DNA of 32,000 nt from positions 4,230,001 through 4,262,000 of the forward strand of contig NC_009483.1 in assembly GCF_000016745.1 (NCBI RefSeq), in the 5' to 3' direction. The notes under the pieces were generated by a model. It did not search any database, was not told where the DNA came from, and saw only the letters and a program-made list of their open reading frames with translations. Positions within the stretch are counted from its first letter, which is position 1; every line of letters begins with the position of its first letter. The DNA comes from Geotalea uraniireducens Rf4 (GTDB taxonomy: Bacteria; Desulfobacterota; Desulfuromonadia; Geobacterales; Geobacteraceae). Shown here piece by piece: positions 8,010 through 16,279 of this stretch. Position numbers and translations under genes: made by a program.

Positions 8010-9403
8010 CCCTTGACGTCACCGGCCCGCTTCGTCTGCCCGACTTCAGCGGCAAATTCCCGCTCCCAGGCAGGGTCGGCAATCTCGCCGTAGCGGCCTG
8101 CGTAATCGTCCATTTCCCGCGCCAGATCTGTAAAAATCTCGGCAGCACCGTCGTGGGTCGAATAGGCCCCCTCCGTGCCGAACAATTCACGCCCCACTTC
8201 CGGGTGGTCGATGAGCATGCACGGCCGCAGCAGATTGTCGTGTTCACCCTGCTTCTCCCTGATTTTGCGAAACAGCGGCGACCTCAAGGCCTCCTTGATG
8301 GAGGTGCGGCGGATGTTGTCCACGGCAAAGTGGCAGAAGACGCACGGCTCGATGTCACCGTTGGCATTAATATGGAAGTATTTGCGACCGCCGGCAAGGC
8401 AGCCGCTGATCATCGGCCCGTCATTCCAGAAGTCGATGAAGAGCATCGGCTTTGTTGCACGGAATTCGGCTGTGCTGCGCCGCATGAAATCGCGCTGCTC
8501 CGGAGTGGGCATCAGCCCTATCTCCGGCTTCCGTCCCACCGGCACGTAGGAAAAGAGCCAGAGGGCAAAACATCCCTTTTCCACCAGCATGTCGATGTAG
8601 CTGCCGTCGGTGATGATGCCGGTATTTTTATTCGTCTGGGTGAAGGAGCCGCAAAAGGAGAGGCCGGCTGCACGCAGGAGGTCCATGGCGTGCATCACCT
8701 TCCGGAAATGCCCGGCGCCGCGCCGCTCGTCGGTTTCCTTTTCATACCCTTCGAGGGAAAAGGCGGGCATCACGTTACCCACCTCGATCAGGCGCTCCAC
8801 CATCCGTTCGTCGATCAGCCCGCCATGGGTAAAGACGAGAAACGCCATGTCCGAATGTTTCTTGAAAATCTCGAAGATGTCATCCTTAAAAAACGGCTCG
8901 CCACCGGAAATGACGGCAAAATAGACCCCCATCTCCTTCATCTGCATCAACACCGAGTCGATCTCTTCCAGGGAGAGTTCCAGGGATTTCTGATAATCGC
9001 CGGCATAGCATCCGTAACAGGAAAGGTTGCACTTCATGGTGGGGCTGATGACCACCGTCGAAGGGGGGTAGTATCCCTCCCGGTCCGCCCACGTCTTACG
9101 CTTGTTGGTGCCGGAGAGGAGGTGGTTGACCGCCAGATTGGTGATCCACTTGTCGCGCTGGTTCGGATGAAGATCGCGCAGTATGCGGCGCGGAAACTCC
9201 ATGCTCGGGTGGTTGTCACGGATAAGCTGCCGCATCCACCTGATCCGCTCCCGGTAATAATCCTTCTTCGGGATGAGTTCCATAAGGTAGGTCATCCGCG
9301 CCAGGGTTTCATTGGACGAACTGGTCGCCAAAGAAAGGAGCAGCGAAATTATTTTTTCCGTCGAGTAATTTTTCAGGCTCTGGAGCATTTTCACCCACTT
9401 CAT
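8006..9403 (-). CDS. Radical SAM protein with probable C-terminal auxiliary Fe-S (SPASM/twitch-like) region and a long N-terminal extension
   Basis: 465 aa. The motif CNLSCYGC begins about 115 residues in. C-terminal cysteines occur in ISGCLAGG, EPCVFCHF and RPCMLIDHP. Confidence 0.8.
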   Translation of the reverse strand: MKWVKMLQSLKNYSTEKIISLLLSLATSSSNETLARMTYLMELIPKKDYYRERIRWMRQLIRDNHPSMEFPRRILRDLHPNQRDKWITNLAVNHLLSGTNKRKTWADREGYYPPSTVVISPTMKCNLSCYGCYAGDYQKSLELSLEEIDSVLMQMKEMGVYFAVISGGEPFFKDDIFEIFKKHSDMAFLVFTHGGLIDERMVERLIEVGNVMPAFSLEGYEKETDERRGAGHFRKVMHAMDLLRAAGLSFCGSFTQTNKNTGIITDGSYIDMLVEKGCFALWLFSYVPVGRKPEIGLMPTPEQRDFMRRSTAEFRATKPMLFIDFWNDGPMISGCLAGGRKYFHINANGDIEPCVFCHFAVDNIRRTSIKEALRSPLFRKIREKQGEHDNLLRPCMLIDHPEVGRELFGTEGAYSTHDGAAEIFTDLAREMDDYAGRYGEIADPAWEREFAAEVGQTKRAGDVKG

Positions 9404-9460
9404 TCAACGCTGATTTCCAGCAGATTGCAACTGTTTGACCCGCATGCTTACTGCCGGCGT

Positions 9461-10129
9461 TTAAGTTCTCATGTATTTCAAAAAAGTCATGCAGATATTC
9501 CAGGTATCGCGCACCGGCCGGTAATGGCTTGTGGCGCGGCCATCGGCCACACGCGCTGCTATCGGCAGGGAACCGATCATGAATCCGCCGCGCCAGGCCT
9601 TCATGAGGATCTCCATCTCCAAGTCGTAACCGGAAGCGGCAAGCTCCACGCCTCGCAACAACCTGGCAGAGTAATAGCGGAACCCGGACTGGCTGTCGCT
9701 TATCTCGAAGCCGGTCCGCTTCCTCATGCACCAGACACCAAAACGGTTCCAGAAACTGCGCAGGCCGGCCATCTGCTCGAACTGGGAAAAGCGGGAAGCG
9801 ATGAGGATGTCAAACCCCTTTTCCCTTGCGGCTTCAGCCAGCAGCCGAATGGCGGCAACGTCGTGCTGGCCGTCGGCATCAATGGTCACCACCCCTTCAT
9901 ACCCATGCATAAGCGCCCAGGCAAAGCCGGTTCTGAGGGCCGCCCCTTTGCCGAGGTTCTGCCGGTGGGTGAGGATGTTCAGCGGCAGGTGCTCTATGCG
10001 TGCAACGGTAGCATCCGTTGAGCCGTCATCGACGACCAGGAGCGGAAACCCGGAATTGAGCGCTTCTTCAGCCACGGCGGCAATGGTTTTCCCGGCGTTA
10101 TAGGCCGGAACGATTACGCAGATTGCCAC
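9461..10129 (-). CDS. Family 2 glycosyltransferase (Dpm1/GtrB-like)
   Basis: 222 aa with VIVPAYNAGKTI, VVDDGSTD and DADGQH (DxD) motifs. GTG start overlaps the 3' end of the deacetylase gene by 16 nt. Confidence 0.85.
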   Translation of the reverse strand: MAICVIVPAYNAGKTIAAVAEEALNSGFPLLVVDDGSTDATVARIEHLPLNILTHRQNLGKGAALRTGFAWALMHGYEGVVTIDADGQHDVAAIRLLAEAAREKGFDILIASRFSQFEQMAGLRSFWNRFGVWCMRKRTGFEISDSQSGFRYYSARLLRGVELAASGYDLEMEILMKAWRGGFMIGSLPIAARVADGRATSHYRPVRDTWNICMTFLKYMRT

Positions 10130-10968
10130 GTTGCCACCAGCTGCCTCATGGTACGGAATCTGAAATTTTGCAAAAGATGCCTGAGCCGTCCCTCTGCATC
10201 GCTCCTGGTTCCGTAGGCGGCAAAGGATTTCAGGGGCGAAAGACTGAGCCGCGGGCCAAAAGCCTCCATCTCCCGGGGGTGCAGATAGAGCACTGCCGGC
10301 ATTCCGGCATCATTGAGCTTTTTCACGGTGCGGCTTATCATCGACAGGGAAAAGAACCTGAAACCCCACCCGCCGCCGGTCGGCAGGTTGCAGATGGGAG
10401 ATGGGGTCACCATCGGCGGCAGCTCGAAAATACTCCCAGCGGAGGTCGCAATCGAAAACGGAGTGCGCGCCCCCCGGCGGTCGCCGATGAATGGAAGCGG
10501 GTTATAACTTGAATCGTACAAGCAACCTTCCTCATGCAAAATATCCAGCGCCCACGGAGTTTCAGGGCCAAGCGACCATTGGGGCGCCCTGAAACCGACC
10601 GGTTTGCATCCGGCCTGCGTTCCGATTATTTCAGCCGTGCGTCGAATCTCGTCCCGGAATTTCTTCGGCCCGAGAAGCGGTACCAGGGTGTGGGAATAAC
10701 CGTGAGAGGATACTTCATGGCCCGCGGCAACTATCATGGGGACCAGCAACGGCTCTTCTTCCGCAACCGACCCAAGCATGAAGAAAGTGGCCTTCACACC
10801 AAATTCAGCCAACATCGCCAGTATCCGCTCGATATTCTGCCGTACCCGCCTTTTTCCTGCGGGAACAACGGGCTCCGCGTCGCCACAGCAAACGTGATAC
10901 CAGTCTTCAACATCAATAGTCAACGCGTTATGCACCGGTATAAGAAAAACCCACCCCACCCCTGACAA
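10114..10968 (-). CDS. CE4 polysaccharide deacetylase family protein (resembles the PEP-CTERM-locus / DUF3473 subfamily)
   Basis: N-terminal NALTIDVEDWYHV and later HGYSH histidine motifs. The start is uncertain: TTG 10968 gives the longest ORF, and GTG 10935 gives MHNALTIDVEDW. First gene of the minus-strand operon, divergent from mltG. Confidence 0.8.
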   Translation of the reverse strand: MSGVGWVFLIPVHNALTIDVEDWYHVCCGDAEPVVPAGKRRVRQNIERILAMLAEFGVKATFFMLGSVAEEEPLLVPMIVAAGHEVSSHGYSHTLVPLLGPKKFRDEIRRTAEIIGTQAGCKPVGFRAPQWSLGPETPWALDILHEEGCLYDSSYNPLPFIGDRRGARTPFSIATSAGSIFELPPMVTPSPICNLPTGGGWGFRFFSLSMISRTVKKLNDAGMPAVLYLHPREMEAFGPRLSLSPLKSFAAYGTRSDAEGRLRHLLQNFRFRTMRQLVATWQSA

Positions 10969-11220
10969 AATTAGAGTGGTAGGTTACACCATGTAAAGTG
11001 TTAAGTCAATACAAGCAGACACTTACGCCCGGTTACCGGGCGGATCCGCGGCACCCCCCGTATTATGCCGAAAACAGTGACGATAAACATCATTCGATAT
11101 TCGACCATGTGGCGACAGGGGGGATTTGGCCTTGACATAAGGGCGAATATAACCTACAAGTATCCGATAATCGGCGTTTTACCCCCATTTCACGTAACCA
11201 TTTCCAACATTAAATCCGCA

Positions 11221-12309
11221 ATGAAACGATATTTATATTTCTTACATAACAAAAAGTTGAGCCTGCTTCTGGTTACCGGATTATTACTACTTGCGCCGGT
11301 TTTACGATTCGCATTTTTCCTCACCACATCTGCCGGCGACGGCAGGAACGTGCAGATGCTGGACATCGGCCACGGTTCAAGTCCGGGGAAAATGGCTGCT
11401 GACCTCGAAACGAAGAAAATCATCTCCAGCGCCAGGCTGTTTACCCTCTACACCCGATTCAGCGGCGCCGACGCCAGATTGAAAGCCGGACTTTACCAGT
11501 TCAACGACGGCATGAAACCAACGGAAATCGTGCATAAGATGGTGGCCGGAGATGTTTACCTCCGTCTCTTTGCCCTGCCCGAAGGATACTCCACATACCA
11601 GGCGGCGGAACTGCTCCAGTCCCGCAGGTTTTTCAGCAAGGAATCGTTCCTCAAGCAGTGCGTAAACAGGAAACTACTCGCTGAACTCGGCATTCCGGGC
11701 AAAAGCGTTGAAGGCTACCTCTATCCCGGCGCCTACAACATCCCCCCGAACATGGACGAAGCTGAGCTGATCCGGCAGATGGTGCGGAAGTTCAACGAGG
11801 TGTATGCGGACAAGTTCGACGACCGGGCAAAAAAACTGGCAATGAACCGCCATAAAGTTCTGACCCTGGCCTCGATGATTGAGAAGGAGGCAGTCGACCC
11901 CTCCGAGCGCCCCATCATCTCTGCCGTCTTTTACAACCGGCTGAAAAAGGGGATGCGGCTGCAGAGCGACCCGACCGCTGTCTACGGTGTGCGTGCATTT
12001 GCCGGCAAGGTGTCGAAGCAGGACATCATGCGTCACTCCGATTACAACACCTATCTGATAAACGGTATCCCCCCGGGACCCATAGGCAATCCGAGCAGCG
12101 CGGCCATCGAAGCGGTTCTCAGCCCGGCCCAATGCGACTACCTCTACTTCGTGGCGAAAAAGGACGGCAATCACTTTTTTTCCAAAAACCTGGAAGAACA
12201 TAACCAGGCAGTGAACCGATATCTGAAATCTTCCGCAGCCGCTCCTCCAGCAACGCAACACATCGCGGGGTACACGAATGACCAGCCGAATCTTACTGGC
12301 AGAAGATAA
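11221..12309 (+). CDS. mltG: Endolytic murein transglycosylase MltG (YceG-like)
   Basis: Start chosen at ATG 11221 (MKRYLYFLHNKKLSLLLVTGLLLLAP, a membrane anchor). Signature LASMIEKEAVDPSERPIISAVFYNRLKKGMRLQSDPTAVYG, plus NTYLINGIPPGPIGNP. Confidence 0.9.
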   Translation: MKRYLYFLHNKKLSLLLVTGLLLLAPVLRFAFFLTTSAGDGRNVQMLDIGHGSSPGKMAADLETKKIISSARLFTLYTRFSGADARLKAGLYQFNDGMKPTEIVHKMVAGDVYLRLFALPEGYSTYQAAELLQSRRFFSKESFLKQCVNRKLLAELGIPGKSVEGYLYPGAYNIPPNMDEAELIRQMVRKFNEVYADKFDDRAKKLAMNRHKVLTLASMIEKEAVDPSERPIISAVFYNRLKKGMRLQSDPTAVYGVRAFAGKVSKQDIMRHSDYNTYLINGIPPGPIGNPSSAAIEAVLSPAQCDYLYFVAKKDGNHFFSKNLEEHNQAVNRYLKSSAAAPPATQHIAGYTNDQPNLTGRR

Positions 12310-14221
12310 CGAACAGCTGGCGCAGATGCTGCAAACGTTCCTCGCCGCACAGGGGCTCGATGTCCTGGTGGCGAAGAGCGGCGTCGAGGCCCTGCGGCTC
12401 ATCGCTTCCGGCAACGTGGACCTGCTCCTCCTCGACCTCAAACTGCCCGAACTGAGCGGCGTTGAGGTCCTGCAAAAGCTGCGCAAATCGCCCCAATGGG
12501 CAAAGCTTCCGGTAATCGTCATGACGGGTGTTTACAAGGGGGAAAAATACGCAGAGGGGGCTCGCAAACTGGGGGTAAACCACTACCTGGAAAAGCCATT
12601 TTCTCGCCAGGCGTTTCTGCATGCCGTCCAGTCAACCCTTGCGGAAATTCCGGGCAAGACAGAGGCGCCGAAACTGCTGGACCACCTTATCGACATATAC
12701 GACAAGGGGAAAAGCGGTCTCCTCACCCTGCCGCAGGGCATCCAGGTCTCTTTTTTCAACGGCGAGCCGTTCTCGTTCCTGTCAAAGGGGAAAAGAGATT
12801 TTGCCGCATTCCTCGTTTCCGCGGGGAAGATCGGCCAGGAAGACCTGAAACTCTTTGTCGACAACAACGAGGAGCGCCTCTTCTTCACCCAGGCCGGTCT
12901 TCTCACCTACGAGGACCTGGTGGATGAATCACGCCGCTTTCTGTCCGGCACGCTCACGGCCTCGTTGATGGAAGAAGCCGTTACAACCTTCAGCGAAGGG
13001 ACCTGCAACGCCGAACTCCCGCTCGTCCCCCTTTCCCTGCCGCGGCTTATCTACCAAGCCGCCAAAGATGGCGCGGGCCGCTTCGATGCAGACCGTTTCC
13101 TGGCGAAATTCGGCTGCCGTTACCCCGCCCGCACCAGGCTTTTCTTCCGCCGCACCAACCTGACCACCATGCGTAAGGGGGATATCGAACTGTTGGAGCT
13201 GGTCGATTCACGCCGCTCCCTTAACGATATCGTTGCCGCCGGCGAGGCACGAAACGAGTCCGCCGCCTTCTTCAGCTTTCTCTTCTCCCTCGGCATGATA
13301 GCCTTCCATGAGGCGCCTTCGCCCGATGAAGAACCGGACTTCCCGCAGAAGAACCTCTTCAACCGTCCCTTTGAAGAGCTGAAAACAGCGGAGGAATTCA
13401 AGGTCGGCTTTGACGACCTGGTGGAGGAAGTCTCAAACTCGGTGGAACTCGTGGTCGGAATCGAAGGGATGGCCGCCCCCCTCTCCTCCGACGAGATCAA
13501 TTTCGAACAGGCCGTCCAGCGCGACTATGCCGCCATCCAGGACAAAAACTATTACGGGATTTTCGGCCTCACCCGGAACAACTTCAGTTTCAACGCCTTG
13601 AAAGAGGCATACTTTGCCAAGACCCGCCAGTACACGCCGGAAAAATTCATGGAACTTTCCGGGACGACCATGAACATCGCCCAGGACATCCTCTCCCATT
13701 ACGCCAACGCCTACAACACCCTCTCCAACGTGGTGGCCAAGGAACGTTACGACGAAATGCTCAACGCCGATACCACCATGGGGCTTGACGGCAAGCAGGA
13801 CGACAAGCTCCAGGCGAGGATCCAGTTCCAGTCGGGTAATGTTTTCCTGGAGATGGAGGAGTTCGAAAACGCCGAAAAGGCGCTCCAGGAAGCCTACACG
13901 CTGGAACCGGACAACGCCCTGCATTGCGCCATCCTCGCCTGGGCAATCTACAGGAACCCGGCAAACAGAAGCTCCCGCGCCTCCCAGGAAAAGGCGAAAA
14001 TGCTTTTGGCCAAATCGCTGCAGATCGAGAAGTGCGCAGAGGCTTTCGCCTTGCGCGGCTGGATGCTGATCGACGAAGGTCGCGAGGGACTGGCAGAGGG
14101 TGAATTCCAAAAAGCGCTCAAGATCAATCCGAAGGACAAGAACGCCCGCGACGGTCTCAGACAGATCGCCGGAAAACGCGAAACGGAAAAGAAGGGGCTG
14201 TTCAGAAGGATTTTCAGATGA
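12278..14221 (+). CDS. Response-regulator receiver protein fused to a DUF4388-like region, a degenerate J-like domain and TPR repeats
   Basis: 647 aa. REC domain (ILLAEDNE..., acceptor context LLLLDLKLPELSG). KSGLLTLPQGIQVSFFNGEPF resembles DUF4388. The J-like segment NYYGIFGLTRNNFSFNALKEAYFAKTRQYTPEKF has TPE where HPD is expected. C-terminal TPR-like repeats. Overlaps the mltG 3' end by 32 nt. Confidence 0.8.
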   Translation: MTSRILLAEDNEQLAQMLQTFLAAQGLDVLVAKSGVEALRLIASGNVDLLLLDLKLPELSGVEVLQKLRKSPQWAKLPVIVMTGVYKGEKYAEGARKLGVNHYLEKPFSRQAFLHAVQSTLAEIPGKTEAPKLLDHLIDIYDKGKSGLLTLPQGIQVSFFNGEPFSFLSKGKRDFAAFLVSAGKIGQEDLKLFVDNNEERLFFTQAGLLTYEDLVDESRRFLSGTLTASLMEEAVTTFSEGTCNAELPLVPLSLPRLIYQAAKDGAGRFDADRFLAKFGCRYPARTRLFFRRTNLTTMRKGDIELLELVDSRRSLNDIVAAGEARNESAAFFSFLFSLGMIAFHEAPSPDEEPDFPQKNLFNRPFEELKTAEEFKVGFDDLVEEVSNSVELVVGIEGMAAPLSSDEINFEQAVQRDYAAIQDKNYYGIFGLTRNNFSFNALKEAYFAKTRQYTPEKFMELSGTTMNIAQDILSHYANAYNTLSNVVAKERYDEMLNADTTMGLDGKQDDKLQARIQFQSGNVFLEMEEFENAEKALQEAYTLEPDNALHCAILAWAIYRNPANRSSRASQEKAKMLLAKSLQIEKCAEAFALRGWMLIDEGREGLAEGEFQKALKINPKDKNARDGLRQIAGKRETEKKGLFRRIFR

Positions 14222-14284
14222 CCTGCTATGCGGGCAAAGGCTTTTTGACCCGTTTCCCTTCCGCATCCAAAACAGAACTGCCTC

Positions 14285-14548
14285 TCAATGCAGCACCATC
14301 TCCCGGACAACCTCCCCCAGCATCCTGCGGATCGCCTTTTCCTCAACGAGAGTGAACAGATCGCCCCGGCCGAAGACCATCTCCAGGCAGTCGCGCCAGC
14401 TCCTGACGATAACCGGCACCTCGGAAACGCCGTTCCCCAGAAGGCCGTAAAAAAGATGCTCGACCCCTCCCCCTTTTTTGCGCGGCTCCTGTTTCCGCAG
14501 ATCGAAATAAACCGCCTGGTCCAACGCGTCATTGGTAAGGTAAATCAT
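14285..14548 (-). CDS. Small hypothetical protein (87 aa), no family recognised
   Basis: ORF 14285-14605, with the start most plausibly at ATG 14548 (MIYLTNDALDQAVYF...). Convergent with the REC/TPR gene. Only ORF length and codon appearance support it. Confidence 0.4.
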   Translation of the reverse strand: MIYLTNDALDQAVYFDLRKQEPRKKGGGVEHLFYGLLGNGVSEVPVIVRSWRDCLEMVFGRGDLFTLVEEKAIRRMLGEVVREMVLH

Positions 14549-14625
14549 GTCGCACCTCCATGCTTTTCTATCACTAAAACACAGGTGTGCGACACAATAA
14601 GTCATACAAGTCTATAAAAAGCATT

Positions 14626-14762
14626 TTAGCCACTAATTTTCACGAATTTGCACGAATATACAAGCTCCTGTGATGCAGAAGGCACTCACCAGATCGGTAA
14701 TTACTAAAGACTTAACAAGGGGTTAAAAACATTCGTGTTTATTCGTGTCATTCGTGGTTAAC
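14626..14762. repeat. MITE-like inverted-repeat element built from CACGAAT repeats
   Basis: The left arm has CACGAAT at 14641 and 14651, plus a degenerate copy at about 14630. The right arm has ATTCGTG at 14731, 14741 and 14750. Arms are about 75% identical as reverse complements over about 32 nt and are separated by about 65 bp. Intergenic. Confidence 0.6.
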
Positions 14763-14812
14763 TGCCGTTTTTGGGTTAAACTTTAGTTTTGCCGAAAAAC
14801 TTCGCTGCCGCC

Positions 14813-15982
14813 TCATGGCGAAAAGCCGCGAAACCTGTCCACCGCCTCGGGAATAATCTCCTCTCTGATATTGCCGAAGGCAAGGCGCAGATAATCGGTG
14901 AGTCCGGGACCGAACACCTCGCCGGGAAGCGTCAGCAACCCGACCTCCTCCACCAACATTCTCGCCACCTCCCTGCCGGTGCGCTCCGGGAACGGATGGC
15001 GGATCCAGCCGAAAAACGTCCCGCTCGCCACAAGACGGAAAGGGTTCCCCGACCGGTTGAACTCGGCGCAGAAGCGATCATGGCGGCGTTCCATCATGAT
15101 CCTGTTTTCCCTGACCCAGTCGTCGAGGTTGTCCACCCCGTAGCATACGGCCTGCTGGGTGATTCTCGGCTGGCATACCGCCATGGTATCCTGGGCTTTG
15201 AGGGCATGGTGGATGAACTCCTCCGAAGCGGCGAGCATTCCGGCCCGATAGCCGGTCAGGGCGTAGGTCTTGCCGAATGAGGCGATATGGACGAAGTGGT
15301 CGCCCCAATGGTGATCGGCAAAGAGATCGTGGGGCCGGGCGCCGCCGGCGATGAATTCGCAGTAGGTCTCGTCCAGGACGAGCGCAATGCCGTGCCGGGC
15401 AGCCAGGCGGGCCAGCTCATGGATGGTGGCAGGAGGCGTCACTACGCCGGTGGGGTTGCTCGGGGTAACAAGGAGTATGGCCCTGGTGCGGGGTGTGATG
15501 AGCGTCTCGATTGCCGGGACCGACGGCAACCCGCCCGACGCCTCGTCGAACGGGGCGAAAACCGGACGGATACCGAGCATTTCCAGGGCCATGGGGTGGT
15601 CGAAGTAGGCGGGGAGCTGGACGATCACCTCATCCCCCTCCCTGCAGAGGGTCACCATGGCGAGCCAGAACGCCTGGCTGGCGCCGATGGTAAGGCAGAG
15701 CTGGCGGGGATTCATGATGGCGCCGTACTTCCGTTCGTAGCGGGCACAGACCGCCTCGCGCACCTCCTGCAGTCCCTCATCGGGGGAGTATTTCGAGGTG
15801 AGCGGGTCCATAAGCAACTCTGCCAGATGCTTGGTCAGCTCTTGTGCAGGAGGATAATCGGGAACCGCCTGACAGAGATCGATAAGGGGATAGTCTTGGG
15901 CTGCGCCGGCAAGCCACCCCTTCACTTCGGAAATGGGAGGAAAATGCACCTTGCGGATATGGTCTGATATGGGGAATTTCAT
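14813..15982 (-). CDS. Class I/II PLP-dependent aminotransferase
   Basis: The PLP-lysine region SFGKTYALTGYRAG follows the SxxK...GxR pattern. Start set at ATG 15982 (MKFPISDHIRK), with a GGGAGG RBS 5 nt upstream. The paralogous relic at 24913-24981 begins at the same codon. The longest ORF extends to 16006. Confidence 0.85.
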   Translation of the reverse strand: MKFPISDHIRKVHFPPISEVKGWLAGAAQDYPLIDLCQAVPDYPPAQELTKHLAELLMDPLTSKYSPDEGLQEVREAVCARYERKYGAIMNPRQLCLTIGASQAFWLAMVTLCREGDEVIVQLPAYFDHPMALEMLGIRPVFAPFDEASGGLPSVPAIETLITPRTRAILLVTPSNPTGVVTPPATIHELARLAARHGIALVLDETYCEFIAGGARPHDLFADHHWGDHFVHIASFGKTYALTGYRAGMLAASEEFIHHALKAQDTMAVCQPRITQQAVCYGVDNLDDWVRENRIMMERRHDRFCAEFNRSGNPFRLVASGTFFGWIRHPFPERTGREVARMLVEEVGLLTLPGEVFGPGLTDYLRLAFGNIREEIIPEAVDRFRGFSP

Positions 15983-16144
15983 TGGTGCCTCCCTGCAGGA
16001 ATTCACGCTCTGTTCTTCTTACAATGTTTTGCGCCCTGGAGCAAGCACCACGTGCAATAGTTCAGACGTGTCAAGCCGCTTTGCCTCATGTTCAGGATTC
16101 TCTTTGCTTTTATCAATTTATTGCAAGGAATGTCGAAATTTACT

Positions 16145-16160
16145 TGGCAAATCTTTTGCA
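16145..16160 (+). promoter_or_regulatory. Sigma-54-type -24/-12 promoter-like motif upstream of uppP
   Basis: TGGCAA-atctt-TTGCA has correct GG-N10-GC spacing and lies 120 nt upstream of the uppP start. This is a motif match only. Confidence 0.3.
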
Positions 16161-16279
16161 TAATTGCATTCTTGTTAATCGGCATCCAGGTATGCCCCAC
16201 CATCGGCATCTGCCTTTAACTCACGGATTGACGATTGTTGCTAAAGTGGAAAAAACGTTACGTCCCCAAGGAGGCTTGA

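Noticed and set aside
8153-10021. 622-aa plus-strand ORF, the longest in the region
   Set aside because: It runs antisense to the well-supported rSAM and GT2 genes. The translation is R/G/P/H/A-rich with no recognisable motif, as expected for a shadow ORF in GC-rich coding DNA.
11674-14266. Minus-strand ORFs of 282 aa (11674-12522) and 277 aa (13433-14266)
   Set aside because: They are antisense to mltG and the REC/J-like/TPR gene, both of which have strong domain signatures. Neither ORF shows any motif.
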